Origin: a virus
Lineage: Duplodnaviria; Heunggongvirae; Uroviricota; Caudoviricetes
Direction: 5' to 3' (one strand)
Length of the DNA stretch: 14,743 bases
IMG/VR virus record: IMGVR_UViG_2529293239_000005
Span: 1 to 14,743 of that record
Shown here one piece after another: positions 6,702-14,743 of the stretch. The position numbers were made by a program, and so were the translations under genes. The number at the start of each line of letters is the position of its first letter. Within the stretch, counting starts at the first letter, position 1. Under the pieces are notes generated by a model. That model worked only from the letters and a program-made list of their open reading frames with translations, was not told the DNA's origin and ran no database searches.

Positions 6702-7756
6702 TGTGTGCCATCCGTCTGGGTGGGGGTAATCCCGGCAACGGATGATTGATCTAAAATCGATCAAAATCAATAACTTAACAGATCACCAAATCCAGGGGGG
6801 TGTACATTGGCGAGCCTCCCTCAGCCTAACCTATACACGACCATAAAATAGGGGCGGATTCCTTCCAGTTGGGTGGGAAAATATCTGGGAGTTTGGATAC
6901 AGTAGCCAGGCAGGGTAACCAGACCCATAGATGAGAATGTTTATTATTCCCAAATATCCAGGCGAGGGGCCTGCTGTGGCTCTCTTTACGCGCCGCTGTG
7001 GCGTCTTCTCTCCTCTTTCTATACAATCCCATAGCTAACCCATTGCGAGGCTTACAGAGCGTTACAGAGCGTCCGTGTGAATATTGCATAAATGAAAGTG
7101 GTGAAAGGTCCGATTTGGTCAACTTTTAGACAACTATTTAACATATGCGCAACAGGTTAGACCTGTACCCTTTCAATAGGTCCGCCTCCTGGGCGCTGTG
7201 TACGCCCCATAACTGTGGCTCTTCTGTACCCATCCGGGAGCCATTCCACAGAGTAAACTGTAAAACTGATCTGCCTGTGAGTAACGCCCTTTTCCTGTGG
7301 ATAACTTCCACGCACTAACCCCATAAACTCCCCTTTTGAGGCGTCCGCCTCTTCAGGCCCTTTCTTGTGGCAAAAACACAAAAAGGGTTTAGGGCGGTGG
7401 CTACCGCCCCTGTAGATGGGAATGAGTCGCACTCGAAAGAGGGATTGAGAACCAATTCTCAAGTGATAATCGATCTCATTTGTGTTCGAAGTTTTCCCCA
7501 GAAAAATAATTTTGGGGTTAAGCATGTAAAATGCTACACACTTGCACTTTGTAATGATAATTAATTGACCATAAAAACAAATAGTTAGAAGCGCTGGGGG
7601 AGTCCCACTAGTTACACAATTGATTGCTTTTTGAGCTAAAACTGATTCTTTTACCGGGTATACAATCCATTTGATCGCCCTTTACCACATATTTAAACGG
7701 ATTTAAAGCCATTTATTTAGGGGGTTAGCAAAGTGTTGATTCCATGGTTACAGATA

Positions 7757-7788
7757 ACAAAAAAGCCCGCCGGGGGTTAGCCGGGGGC
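7757..7788 (-). terminator. Rho-independent terminator (minus strand) downstream of the tape-measure remnant
   Basis: GC-rich hairpin 7765-7788 (8 bp with one bulge, 7-nt loop) followed on the minus strand by a U-tract (plus strand A-run 7757-7764). Confidence 0.5.
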
Positions 7789-7894
7789 CTGTGGTTGGGG
7801 GTGTCAAACGTGGTTAGTTCGGCCCGCCCTGCATTAGCATGTTGAAAGCCTGCTGATTATTGCTCTCAACTTCAGAGCGTACCAGATCCTTAAC

Positions 7895-9413
7895 CTATCC
7901 ATCCTGCACTTTCACATTAACGTTCACGTTTAGCGGCTGGTTTAGCCACGCTGGCGGCGTCATCAGTGGATTACCTGCCATATCAACTTTAAGCTGTGGC
8001 GCTGTAATCGTCGGCGTAGGAGGTACATAAGTTGGATTGGAGTAAGAGCTTACCCACCCTGTTTTATCTGCTGGTTTGGCAAAGTCTGGATTAGTCGGAA
8101 GGTCTGGACTATGGAGGAAATCCCACAGTTTACCCAGCGGGCTATCTTTTTTCAGATTGCCCCCGGCGGTGGTGTCCTGTCCATACATGGCGTCGTTAGC
8201 GTCATGACCTTATCCCAGGCATAATCCCCACCTACCGAACCGACCGCAATGCTCCAGCCAACAGGACCGCCAGAGAGAGCCGCCGCGCCGCCTACCTTGC
8301 CAACTTTCGGACCCCGACCCGGTTTGTTTGGCTTGTCTTTACCTTCCCCACCAGATCCGCCAGTAGTAGCGGCTTCAATGCCACCAATAGCGGCGATCCC
8401 TTTCATGACCCCCAGTAATTTGGTTAGTGGGTTAAGCATGGTCAACAACCATTTAAAGGCTACGCCCAACTTCCAGATAGACCCGGCGAACATAGCCACC
8501 CCGGCGGCGTATGCTGCCATTTCGCCCCAGGCTTTAAGCTGCTCACCAGTGATCCCCATCTTGCTGGCGTAATACTCAATAATGCGGAAGGTCAGGATCA
8601 CAGTGTCATGCAACTCTGTAAACGCATCTGTGGCACCCTCAACGATTTTCCCGGCAATATGCCCGAACATCTCAAAGGCCCCACCAGAGCCGTTAACAGC
8701 GGCGCTGATAGCGTCGAAAGCGCTGGTTAATTCGTTGCCGAAGCCAGAAGCAAAGAAGATGTTCATCGCGTTCTGCATACTGGTTTGCAGGCGCTGCCAG
8801 CTTGCCCGGTTGGACTTCATAGCCTTATCCAGAGCGCCGCCGTTACGAGCTGCGGCTTTCATCTGTTTAGCCACTTCCGGGAGGATGTCCTTAGAGAACA
8901 GCTTCCCTTGTTGCATCAGGTCAAACAGATCCTTTTCTGTAAGGTTGGTTGTCCCTTTCATCTGGTTGAGAGCCTTAACGAACAGACCCACAGCCCCCGG
9001 GAGAGCTTCGGACAACTGGCCTTTGAGTTCTTCACTCATTACCGTTCCTTTAGACATCATCTGATTCAAACTTTTCAAAGCGCGGCTGGCTTCATCGGCT
9101 GAAGCACCTGTAACAAGGCCCCATTCACTGGCACCCTCAAAGATGGATCGCATCTGGTCTTTAGGGAGCTTGTCACCAACAGCGGCGGCAAACTGAGTGT
9201 AATCACGGGAAGTCTTGAGGAGATCCAGCCCCAAACGGTTGGATTGATCACGGAGATAATCAAACTCTTTAGCGGCCTTATCTGTGGAACCGGTGATCGC
9301 TGTCAGACCAGAAAGCGCGGATTCAAAATCCTGTCCGGTGGTCATGATCTTGCCGCTCAGCGCCACAGTTGCGGCAATGGTGATCGCCCCGCCTGCACCC
9401 TCGATCATGGAGG
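7895..9413 (-). pseudogene. Phage tail tape-measure protein gene remnant: 5'-truncated by IS629 and frameshifted
   Basis: ORF 8152-9408 has the Ala/Gly/Leu/Ser-rich, low-complexity composition recalled for tape-measure N-terminal regions (e.g. the stretch ...ELKGQLSEALPGAVGLFVKALNQM...). Its reading frame stays open up to the IS boundary at 9414. ORF 7895-8188 continues in a different frame with a 37-bp overlap, implying a 1-bp indel near 8204-8215. Confidence 0.7.
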
Positions 9414-9455
9414 TGAACCGCCCCGGGTTTCCTGGAGAGTGTTTTATCTGTGAAC

Positions 9456-10346
9456 TCAGGCTGCCAGATCATCGTTTCCGATGGAAGCATAATAAGCTTT
9501 TTCTGCTTCTGCCGGAGGGATGTGGCCCAGCCTTTCCAGCAATCGTCGATTATTATACCAGTCCACCCACGTGAGTGTGGCCAGTTCCACTTCTGCACGG
9601 TTTTTCCAGCTCTTACGGTGTATTACCTCCGCTTTGTAAAGACCATTGATGCTCTCCGCCATCGCGTTGTCATACGAGTCGCCTGTACTTCCTGTTGATG
9701 CCAGTAATCCGGCTTCCTTAAGCCGCTGTGTGTAGGCCAGCGATACATACTGAGAACCTTTATCACTGTGATGGACCGTGCCGGACGGTCGACGGGCCCA
9801 TAACGCCTGCTCCAGTGCATCCAGCACGAATGTCGTCTCCATGGACGATGAGACCCGCCACCCCACAATGTATCCGGCAAACACATCAATGATGAACGCC
9901 ACATAGACGAAGCCCTGCCATGTGCTGACGTAAGTAAAATCAGCTACCCACAGCTGGTCAGGTCGTTCTGCCACGAACTGACGGTTTACGCGGTCGCCTG
10001 CGGCAACGGCTTTCCGGCTGATGGTCGTACGGACCTTTTTACCCCGGAGAACACCGGCAAGTCCCATAACCGCCATGAGACGTGCCACAGTGCATCTGGC
10101 CACTCTGATACCTTCCCGTAACAACTGACGCCAGACTTTACGCACACCGTATACCTGATGATTCCCATCGTATACGCGCAGTATCTCTTTCTTCAGCCAG
10201 TCATCGCGCTGCGCACGGGCACTGCGTTTATCCGGATGATGTCGCTGTTGCTGACAGTGGTAATACGTTGACGGGGCAATATGCAGTTCGCTGCATAGCG
10301 GTCCGACCCCGTACTGCTCACGCAGCTTATCCAGCAGTGGCATCAT
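9456..10346 (-). CDS. IS3-family transposase OrfB (DDE catalytic domain), normally made as an OrfAB fusion by -1 frameshifting
   Basis: 296-aa ORF recognised from memory as IS629-type OrfB (integrase-core DDE transposase); overlaps orfA in the -1 frame at the A6 run. Confidence 0.85.
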   Translation of the reverse strand: MMPLLDKLREQYGVGPLCSELHIAPSTYYHCQQQRHHPDKRSARAQRDDWLKKEILRVYDGNHQVYGVRKVWRQLLREGIRVARCTVARLMAVMGLAGVLRGKKVRTTISRKAVAAGDRVNRQFVAERPDQLWVADFTYVSTWQGFVYVAFIIDVFAGYIVGWRVSSSMETTFVLDALEQALWARRPSGTVHHSDKGSQYVSLAYTQRLKEAGLLASTGSTGDSYDNAMAESINGLYKAEVIHRKSWKNRAEVELATLTWVDWYNNRRLLERLGHIPPAEAEKAYYASIGNDDLAA

Positions 10347-10669
10347 TTTTTCCAGAGGCGGTCGAACTCCGCCTTCGCAAAATAAGCGGAAGCCTGGCGA
10401 AGGATATCGTTACTGCGGCGCAGTTCACGATTTTCACGCTCCAGCTCTTTCAGACGCTGACGTTCAGCGGTGGTGAGCCCGCCATCACCGCCCCCGGTAT
10501 CCCGCTCATGCTGGCGAACCCAGACACGCAGAGTCTCCGGCGTACAGCCAATCTTTGGAGCAATGGAACAAATTGTCGCCCATTGTGAGTCATATTCGCC
10601 CTGACTTTCCAGAACCATACGGACTGCCCGTTGACGGACTTCGGGGGAAAAACGAGTATTTTTAGTCAT
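10343..10669 (-). CDS. IS3-family transposase OrfA (HTH, leucine-zipper region)
   Basis: 108-aa [22 protein letters not shown]..., recognised as IS629/IS1203-type OrfA; ends in the A6 frameshift window. Confidence 0.85.
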   Translation of the reverse strand: MTKNTRFSPEVRQRAVRMVLESQGEYDSQWATICSIAPKIGCTPETLRVWVRQHERDTGGGDGGLTTAERQRLKELERENRELRRSNDILRQASAYFAKAEFDRLWKK

Positions 10670-10811
10670 CCTGTTTACCTCTTTCTCAGGAAGTTTAGTC
10701 TCCAGGATTCCCGGGGCGGTTCATTGCCTGTATGATCAATCGACTTTGTAGAGTTTCGGACGAAGGTCCGCAGAATATTCGCAGTATTAAATAAGTGTTC
10801 ATTAATGCGGC

Positions 10812-10853
10812 AAAAACTAATACACCGCATCAATGTAACATCTCTGCGGTGTA
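10812..10853 (-). terminator. Probable intrinsic terminator of apbC
   Basis: Hairpin TACACCGCA...TGCGGTGTA (10822-10853) followed on the minus strand by TTAGTTTTTG; lies between the apbC stop and the IS629 end. Confidence 0.45.
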
Positions 10854-10882
10854 TGAAGAATAACCAGAATGGTTAATAGGCG

Positions 10883-11992
10883 TTAGACCGCGCGGAAGGA
10901 AATCTCGCCTGGAATGACTTCACCCTGCCAGTAGAGCTGAGCTGCAACGCGGTCAGCCAGCTGGCGGTAGATAGCGGTAAATTCGCTCTCCGGACGGCTG
11001 ATAACCGTTGGCGTGCCTTTATCGAGATCCTCACGTAAGGAGATGTGTAACGGCATCTGCCCCAGCAGCTGTGTGTGGTATTTTTCAGCCAGTTTCTCTG
11101 CACCACCGGTACCGAAAATCGGTTCATGGTGACCACAGTTACTGCAAATATGCACACTCATGTTCTCGACAATACCAAGCACCGGAACCTCGACTTTCTC
11201 GAACATCACAATGCCTTTTTTCGCATCGATCAACGCGATGTCCTGCGGGGTGGTGACCACGACTGCACCAGTTACTGGAATGTTTTGCGCCAGCGTCAAT
11301 TGAATGTCACCGGTGCCTGGCGGCATATCAAGCACCAGATAGTCGAGATCCGGCCACAAGGTTTCCTGCAACATCTGCATTAACGCCTTGCTCGCCATCG
11401 GTCCACGCCACACCATCGCATTGTCGTCAGTGACCAGATAACCAATTGAATTGGTTGCCAGGCAATGAGACATAATCGGTGCCATATGGGTACCGTCCGG
11501 CGAAGTTGGACGCTGATTTTCTGCGCCCAGCATGGTGGGAATTGATGGGCCGTAGATATCGGCGTCCAGAATGCCGACTTTCGCCCCTTCCGCCGCCAGT
11601 GCCAGCGCCAGGTTTACCGCCGTGGAGGATTTACCCACGCCGCCTTTACCGGAACTGACCGCAATGATGTTCTTCACACCATTAATACCCGGCTGATTCT
11701 TCACGCGTTTTAAGGTGGCGATATTGTGCGACAGTTTCCAGTCGATAGCTTTCGCCCCGGTGATACGCAGCAGTTCGGCGCTACATTGCTCTTTTAACTC
11801 TTCAAACGCGCTATGCCAGACGAATGGCATAACCAGTTCCACATGCAACGTGTCGTCCATCCAGGCGACATGGTGCAACGCTTTCAGCGTGGTGAGGTTA
11901 TGCTTCAGGGTTGGGTGCTGAAAATTGGCCAGTGTCCCGGCGACCATTGCGCGCAAGGCTTCTGGTGATTTGGCCTGGGATTGTTCGTTCAT
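10883..11992 (-). CDS. apbC: Fe-S cluster carrier ATPase ApbC/Mrp
   Basis: 369-aa protein MNEQSQAKSPEALRAM... with P-loop GKGGVGKS and CxxC; recognised as E. coli Mrp. ATG at 11992..11990; the ORF track's 12022 start is an upstream in-frame extension. Confidence 0.95.
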   Translation of the reverse strand: MNEQSQAKSPEALRAMVAGTLANFQHPTLKHNLTTLKALHHVAWMDDTLHVELVMPFVWHSAFEELKEQCSAELLRITGAKAIDWKLSHNIATLKRVKNQPGINGVKNIIAVSSGKGGVGKSSTAVNLALALAAEGAKVGILDADIYGPSIPTMLGAENQRPTSPDGTHMAPIMSHCLATNSIGYLVTDDNAMVWRGPMASKALMQMLQETLWPDLDYLVLDMPPGTGDIQLTLAQNIPVTGAVVVTTPQDIALIDAKKGIVMFEKVEVPVLGIVENMSVHICSNCGHHEPIFGTGGAEKLAEKYHTQLLGQMPLHISLREDLDKGTPTVISRPESEFTAIYRQLADRVAAQLYWQGEVIPGEISFRAV

Positions 11993-12123
11993 CCCTACTC
12001 CTTTTTTGTATAGATAAACCATCAGCTGATAGTTTACCTGAAGAATATAGAGAAGTACTTACTTAACATTTTCCCATTTGGTACTATCTAACCCCTTTTC
12101 ACTATTAAGAAGTAATGCCTACT

Positions 12124-14157
12124 ATGACTCAAGTCGCGAAGAAAATTCTGGTGACGTGCGCACTGCCGTACGCTAACGGCTCAATCCACCTCGGCCATAT
12201 GCTGGAGCACATCCAGGCTGATGTCTGGGTCCGTTACCAGCGAATGCGCGGCCACGAGGTCAACTTCATCTGCGCCGACGATGCCCACGGTACACCGATC
12301 ATGCTGAAAGCTCAGCAGCTTGGTATCACCCCGGAGCAGATGATTGGCGAAATGAGTCAGGAGCATCAGACTGATTTCGCAGGCTTTAACATCAGCTATG
12401 ACAACTATCACTCGACACACAGCGAAGAGAACCGCCAGTTGTCAGAACTTATCTACTCTCGCCTGAAAGAAAACGGTTTTATTAAAAACCGCACCATCTC
12501 TCAGCTGTACGATCCGGAAAAAGGCATGTTCCTGCCGGACCGTTTTGTGAAAGGCACCTGCCCGAAATGTAAATCCCCGGATCAATACGGCGATAACTGC
12601 GAAGTCTGCGGCGCGACCTACAGCCCGACTGAACTGATCGAGCCGAAATCGGTGGTTTCTGGCGCTACCCCGGTAATGCGTGATTCTGAACACTTCTTCT
12701 TTGATCTGCCCTCTTTCAGCGAAATGTTGCAGGCATGGACCCGCAGCGGTGCGTTGCAGGAGCAGGTGGCAAACAAAATGCAGGAGTGGTTTGAATCTGG
12801 CCTGCAACAGTGGGATATCTCCCGCGACGCACCTTACTTCGGTTTTGAAATTCCGAACGCGCCGGGCAAATATTTCTACGTCTGGCTGGACGCACCGATT
12901 GGCTACATGGGTTCTTTCAAGAATCTGTGCGACAAGCGCGGCGACAGCGTAAGCTTCGATGAATACTGGAAGAAAGACTCCACCGCCGAGCTGTACCACT
13001 TCATCGGTAAAGATATCGTTTACTTCCACAGCCTGTTCTGGCCTGCCATGCTGGAAGGCAGCAACTTCCGCAAGCCGACCAACCTGTTTGTTCATGGCTA
13101 TGTGACGGTGAACGGCGCGAAGATGTCCAAGTCTCGCGGCACCTTTATTAAAGCCAGCACCTGGCTGAATCATTTTGACGCAGACAGCCTGCGTTACTAC
13201 TACACTGCGAAACTCTCTTCGCGCATCGATGATATCGATCTCAACCTGGAAGATTTCGTTCAGCGTGTGAATGCCGATATCGTTAACAAAGTGGTTAACC
13301 TGGCCTCCCGTAATGCGGGCTTTATCAACAAGCGTTTTGACGGCGTGCTGGCAAGCGAACTGGCTGACCCGCAGTTGTACAAAACCTTCACTGATGCCGC
13401 TGAAGTGATTGGTGAAGCGTGGGAAAGCCGTGAATTTGGTAAAGCCGTGCGCGAAATCATGGCGCTGGCTGATCTGGCTAACCGCTATGTCGATGAACAG
13501 GCTCCGTGGGTGGTGGCGAAACAGGAAAGCCGCGATGCCGACCTGCAGGCAATTTGCTCAATGGGCATCAACCTGTTCCGCGTGCTGATGACTTACCTGA
13601 AGCCGGTACTGCCGAAACTGACCGAGCGTGCAGAAGCATTCCTCAATACGGAACTGACCTGGGATGGTATCCAGCAACCGCTGCTGGGCCACAAAGTGAA
13701 TCCGTTCAAGGCGCTGTATAACCGCATCGATATGAGGCAGGTTGAAGCACTGGTGGAAGCCTCTAAAGAAGAAGTAAAAGCCGCTGCCGCGCCGGTAACT
13801 GGCCCGCTGGCAGATGATCCGATTCAGGAAACCATCACCTTTGACGACTTCGCTAAAGTTGACCTGCGCGTGGCGCTGATTGAAAACGCAGAGTTTGTTG
13901 AAGGTTCTGACAAACTGCTGCGCCTGACGCTGGATCTCGGCGGTGAAAAACGCAATGTCTTCTCCGGTATTCGTTCTGCTTACCCGGATCCGCAGGCACT
14001 GATTGGTCGTCACACCATTATGGTGGCTAACCTAGCACCACGTAAAATGCGCTTCGGTATCTCTGAAGGCATGGTGATGGCTGCCGGTCCTGGCGGGAAA
14101 GATATTTTCCTGCTAAGCCCGGATGCCGGTGCTAAACCGGGTCATCAGGTGAAATAA
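12124..14157 (+). CDS. metG: Methionyl-tRNA synthetase
   Basis: 677-aa protein [26 protein letters not shown]... with HIGH-type motif (HLGH), KMSKS, zinc knuckle CPKC...C..CG and C-terminal tRNA-binding domain. Start taken as the second ATG (12124), matching the E. coli MetG N-terminus. Confidence 0.97.
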
Positions 14158-14166
14158 TCCCCCTTC

Positions 14167-14196
14167 AAGGCGCTGCATCGACAGCGCCTTTTCTTT
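14167..14196 (+). terminator. Rho-independent terminator of metG
   Basis: AAGGCGCTG-catcga-CAGCGCCTT stem-loop followed by TTCTTT. Confidence 0.6.
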
Positions 14197-14297
14197 ATAA
14201 ATTCCTAAAGTTGTTTTCTTGCGATTTTGTCTCTCTCTAACCCGCATAAATACTGGTAGCATCTGCATTCAACTGGATAAAATTACAGGGATGCAGA

Positions 14298-14528
14298 ATG
14301 AGACACTTTATCTATCAGGACGAAAAATCACATAAATTCTGGGCAGTTGAGCAACAGGGAAACGAGTTGCATATCAGTTGGGGAAAAGTTGGCACCAAAG
14401 GGCAAAGCCAGATAAAAAGTTTTTCAGATGCTGCGGCAGCGGCAAAAGCGGAGCTTAAGCTGATTGCGGAGAAGGTGAAGAAGGGGTATGTGGAGCAAGC
14501 GAAGGATAATGAGGTGTACTGGCAATAG
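14298..14528 (+). CDS. WGR-domain protein, 76 aa; probably the N-terminal remnant of a molR/yehI-like gene cut by an IS
   Basis: N-terminus FIYQDEKSHKFWAVE...WGKVGTKGQ...KGY matches the WGR domain pattern. The ORF stops 8 codons after the domain, where an IS3-family terminus begins (TGTACTG at about 14515). Confidence 0.55.
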   Translation: MRHFIYQDEKSHKFWAVEQQGNELHISWGKVGTKGQSQIKSFSDAAAAAKAELKLIAEKVKKGYVEQAKDNEVYWQ

Positions 14529-14743
14529 CGGACACTACCATTTGTTCTTTTTTTAAGCAGCCATCTGATGATATTTTTCCCTGAAGGCTGCCGGGGAGAT
14601 ATTCCCCAGACGAGAGTGACGACGCTGACGATTGTAGAAAATCTCAATGTATTCCCGTATTACTGAGATGGCTTCATCCCGGTTATTAAAACGATAGTGG
14701 CTCAGGCTCTCATTTTTCAGCGTTCCCCAGAAGCTTTCCATCG
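14515..14743 (-). mobile_element. Second IS3-family element (partial), terminus near 14515-14530
   Basis: Transposase stop at 14553-14555 followed by about 25-40 bp of presumptive terminal inverted repeat; plus-strand TGTACTGGCAATAGCGGACAC resembles IS3/IS150-group termini. Exact boundary not determinable here. Confidence 0.55.
14553..14743 (-). CDS. IS3-family transposase OrfB, C-terminal end (partial; continues beyond the window)
   Basis: C-terminal sequence ...FWGTLKNESLSHYRFNNRDEAISVIREYIEIFYNRQRRHSRLGNISPAAFREKYHQMAA is typical of IS3-family DDE transposase tails. Different from the IS629 copy at 9414-10723. Confidence 0.75.
   Translation of the reverse strand, partial: MESFWGTLKNESLSHYRFNNRDEAISVIREYIEIFYNRQRRHSRLGNISPAAFREKYHQMAA

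Larger units (their letters stand above)
9414..10723 (-). mobile_element. Complete IS3-family insertion sequence, IS629-like, 1310 bp
   Basis: Terminal inverted repeats TGAACCGCCCCGGG at 9414-9427 (plus strand) and 10723..10710 (minus strand). Contains overlapping orfA/orfB with an A6 slippery run at 10346-10351. Flanks AGG (9411-9413) and TTG (10724-10726) do not match, so no target-site duplication. Confidence 0.85.

Noticed and set aside
6826-7564. ORFs of 98, 122 and 65 aa in the ORF-poor stretch; also an apparent 12-mer repeat TAGATGrGAATG at 6928-6939 and 7413-7424
   Set aside because: The ORFs lack start context and have implausible composition. A 12-mer pair with one mismatch is expected by chance about once per kb-scale region.
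8249-9263. Plus- and minus-strand ORFs (8249-8572, 8582-9064, 8785-9102, 9075-9263) overlapping the tape-measure remnant
   Set aside because: Alternative-frame or antisense artefacts of a GC-rich, low-complexity (Ala/Gly/Pro-rich) coding region.
9244-10588. Short ORFs at 9244-9453, 9284-9574, 9323-9598, 9450-9698, 9623-9904, 9986-10168 and 10268-10588, within or overlapping IS629
   Set aside because: All are antisense to, out of frame with, or overlapping the recognised transposase orfA/orfB genes or the IS terminus.
10873-11383. ORFs 10873-11157 (minus), 11008-11256 (plus) and 11075-11383 (plus) overlapping apbC
   Set aside because: Alternative-frame or antisense ORFs within the conserved apbC gene.
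12442-13173. 243-aa minus-strand ORF antisense to metG (also 12181-12420, 13260-13460 and 13558-14013)
   Set aside because: Lies entirely within the highly conserved metG coding region on the opposite strand. Long antisense frames are common in GC-balanced genes; no start context or motif supports it.
1-14743. Search for tRNA/tmRNA genes, rRNA and CRISPR arrays
   Set aside because: No GGTTCGAATCC-type T-arm motif or its complement near the integrase or elsewhere, and no regularly spaced direct repeats with unique spacers. The iteron array is irregular and bidirectional, so not a CRISPR. A covariance-model scan would be needed to fully exclude a degenerate tRNA fragment.

Overview
Enterobacterial (E. 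coli-like) chromosome. The right third is conserved core: apbC/mrp (minus strand) and metG (plus strand) transcribed divergently, followed by a short WGR-domain ORF that abuts the end of an IS3-family element running off the window. The left ~6 kb is a compact P4/PICI-like satellite or integrative element, all on the minus strand except one small divergent module: iteron-type origin, primase/helicase, three small upstream genes, a palindromic operator region with a divergent two-gene module, AlpA regulator, an AT-rich 284-aa cargo gene, and a P4-type tyrosine integrase. Its left boundary lies outside the window and no tRNA or att core was found. Between the integrase and apbC is decayed prophage DNA: a ~1.1 kb ORF-poor stretch, then a frameshifted tail tape-measure pseudogene cut at its 5' end by a complete 1310-bp IS629-like element with no target-site duplication. 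No CRISPR array, rRNA or tRNA was seen. The best candidates for something undescribed are the 284-aa cargo gene that overlaps the integrase stop codon by ATGA, and the operator/RHH-like switch with the small genes feeding into the primase. All functional calls rest on motif recognition by eye and recalled family features, not on database searches.
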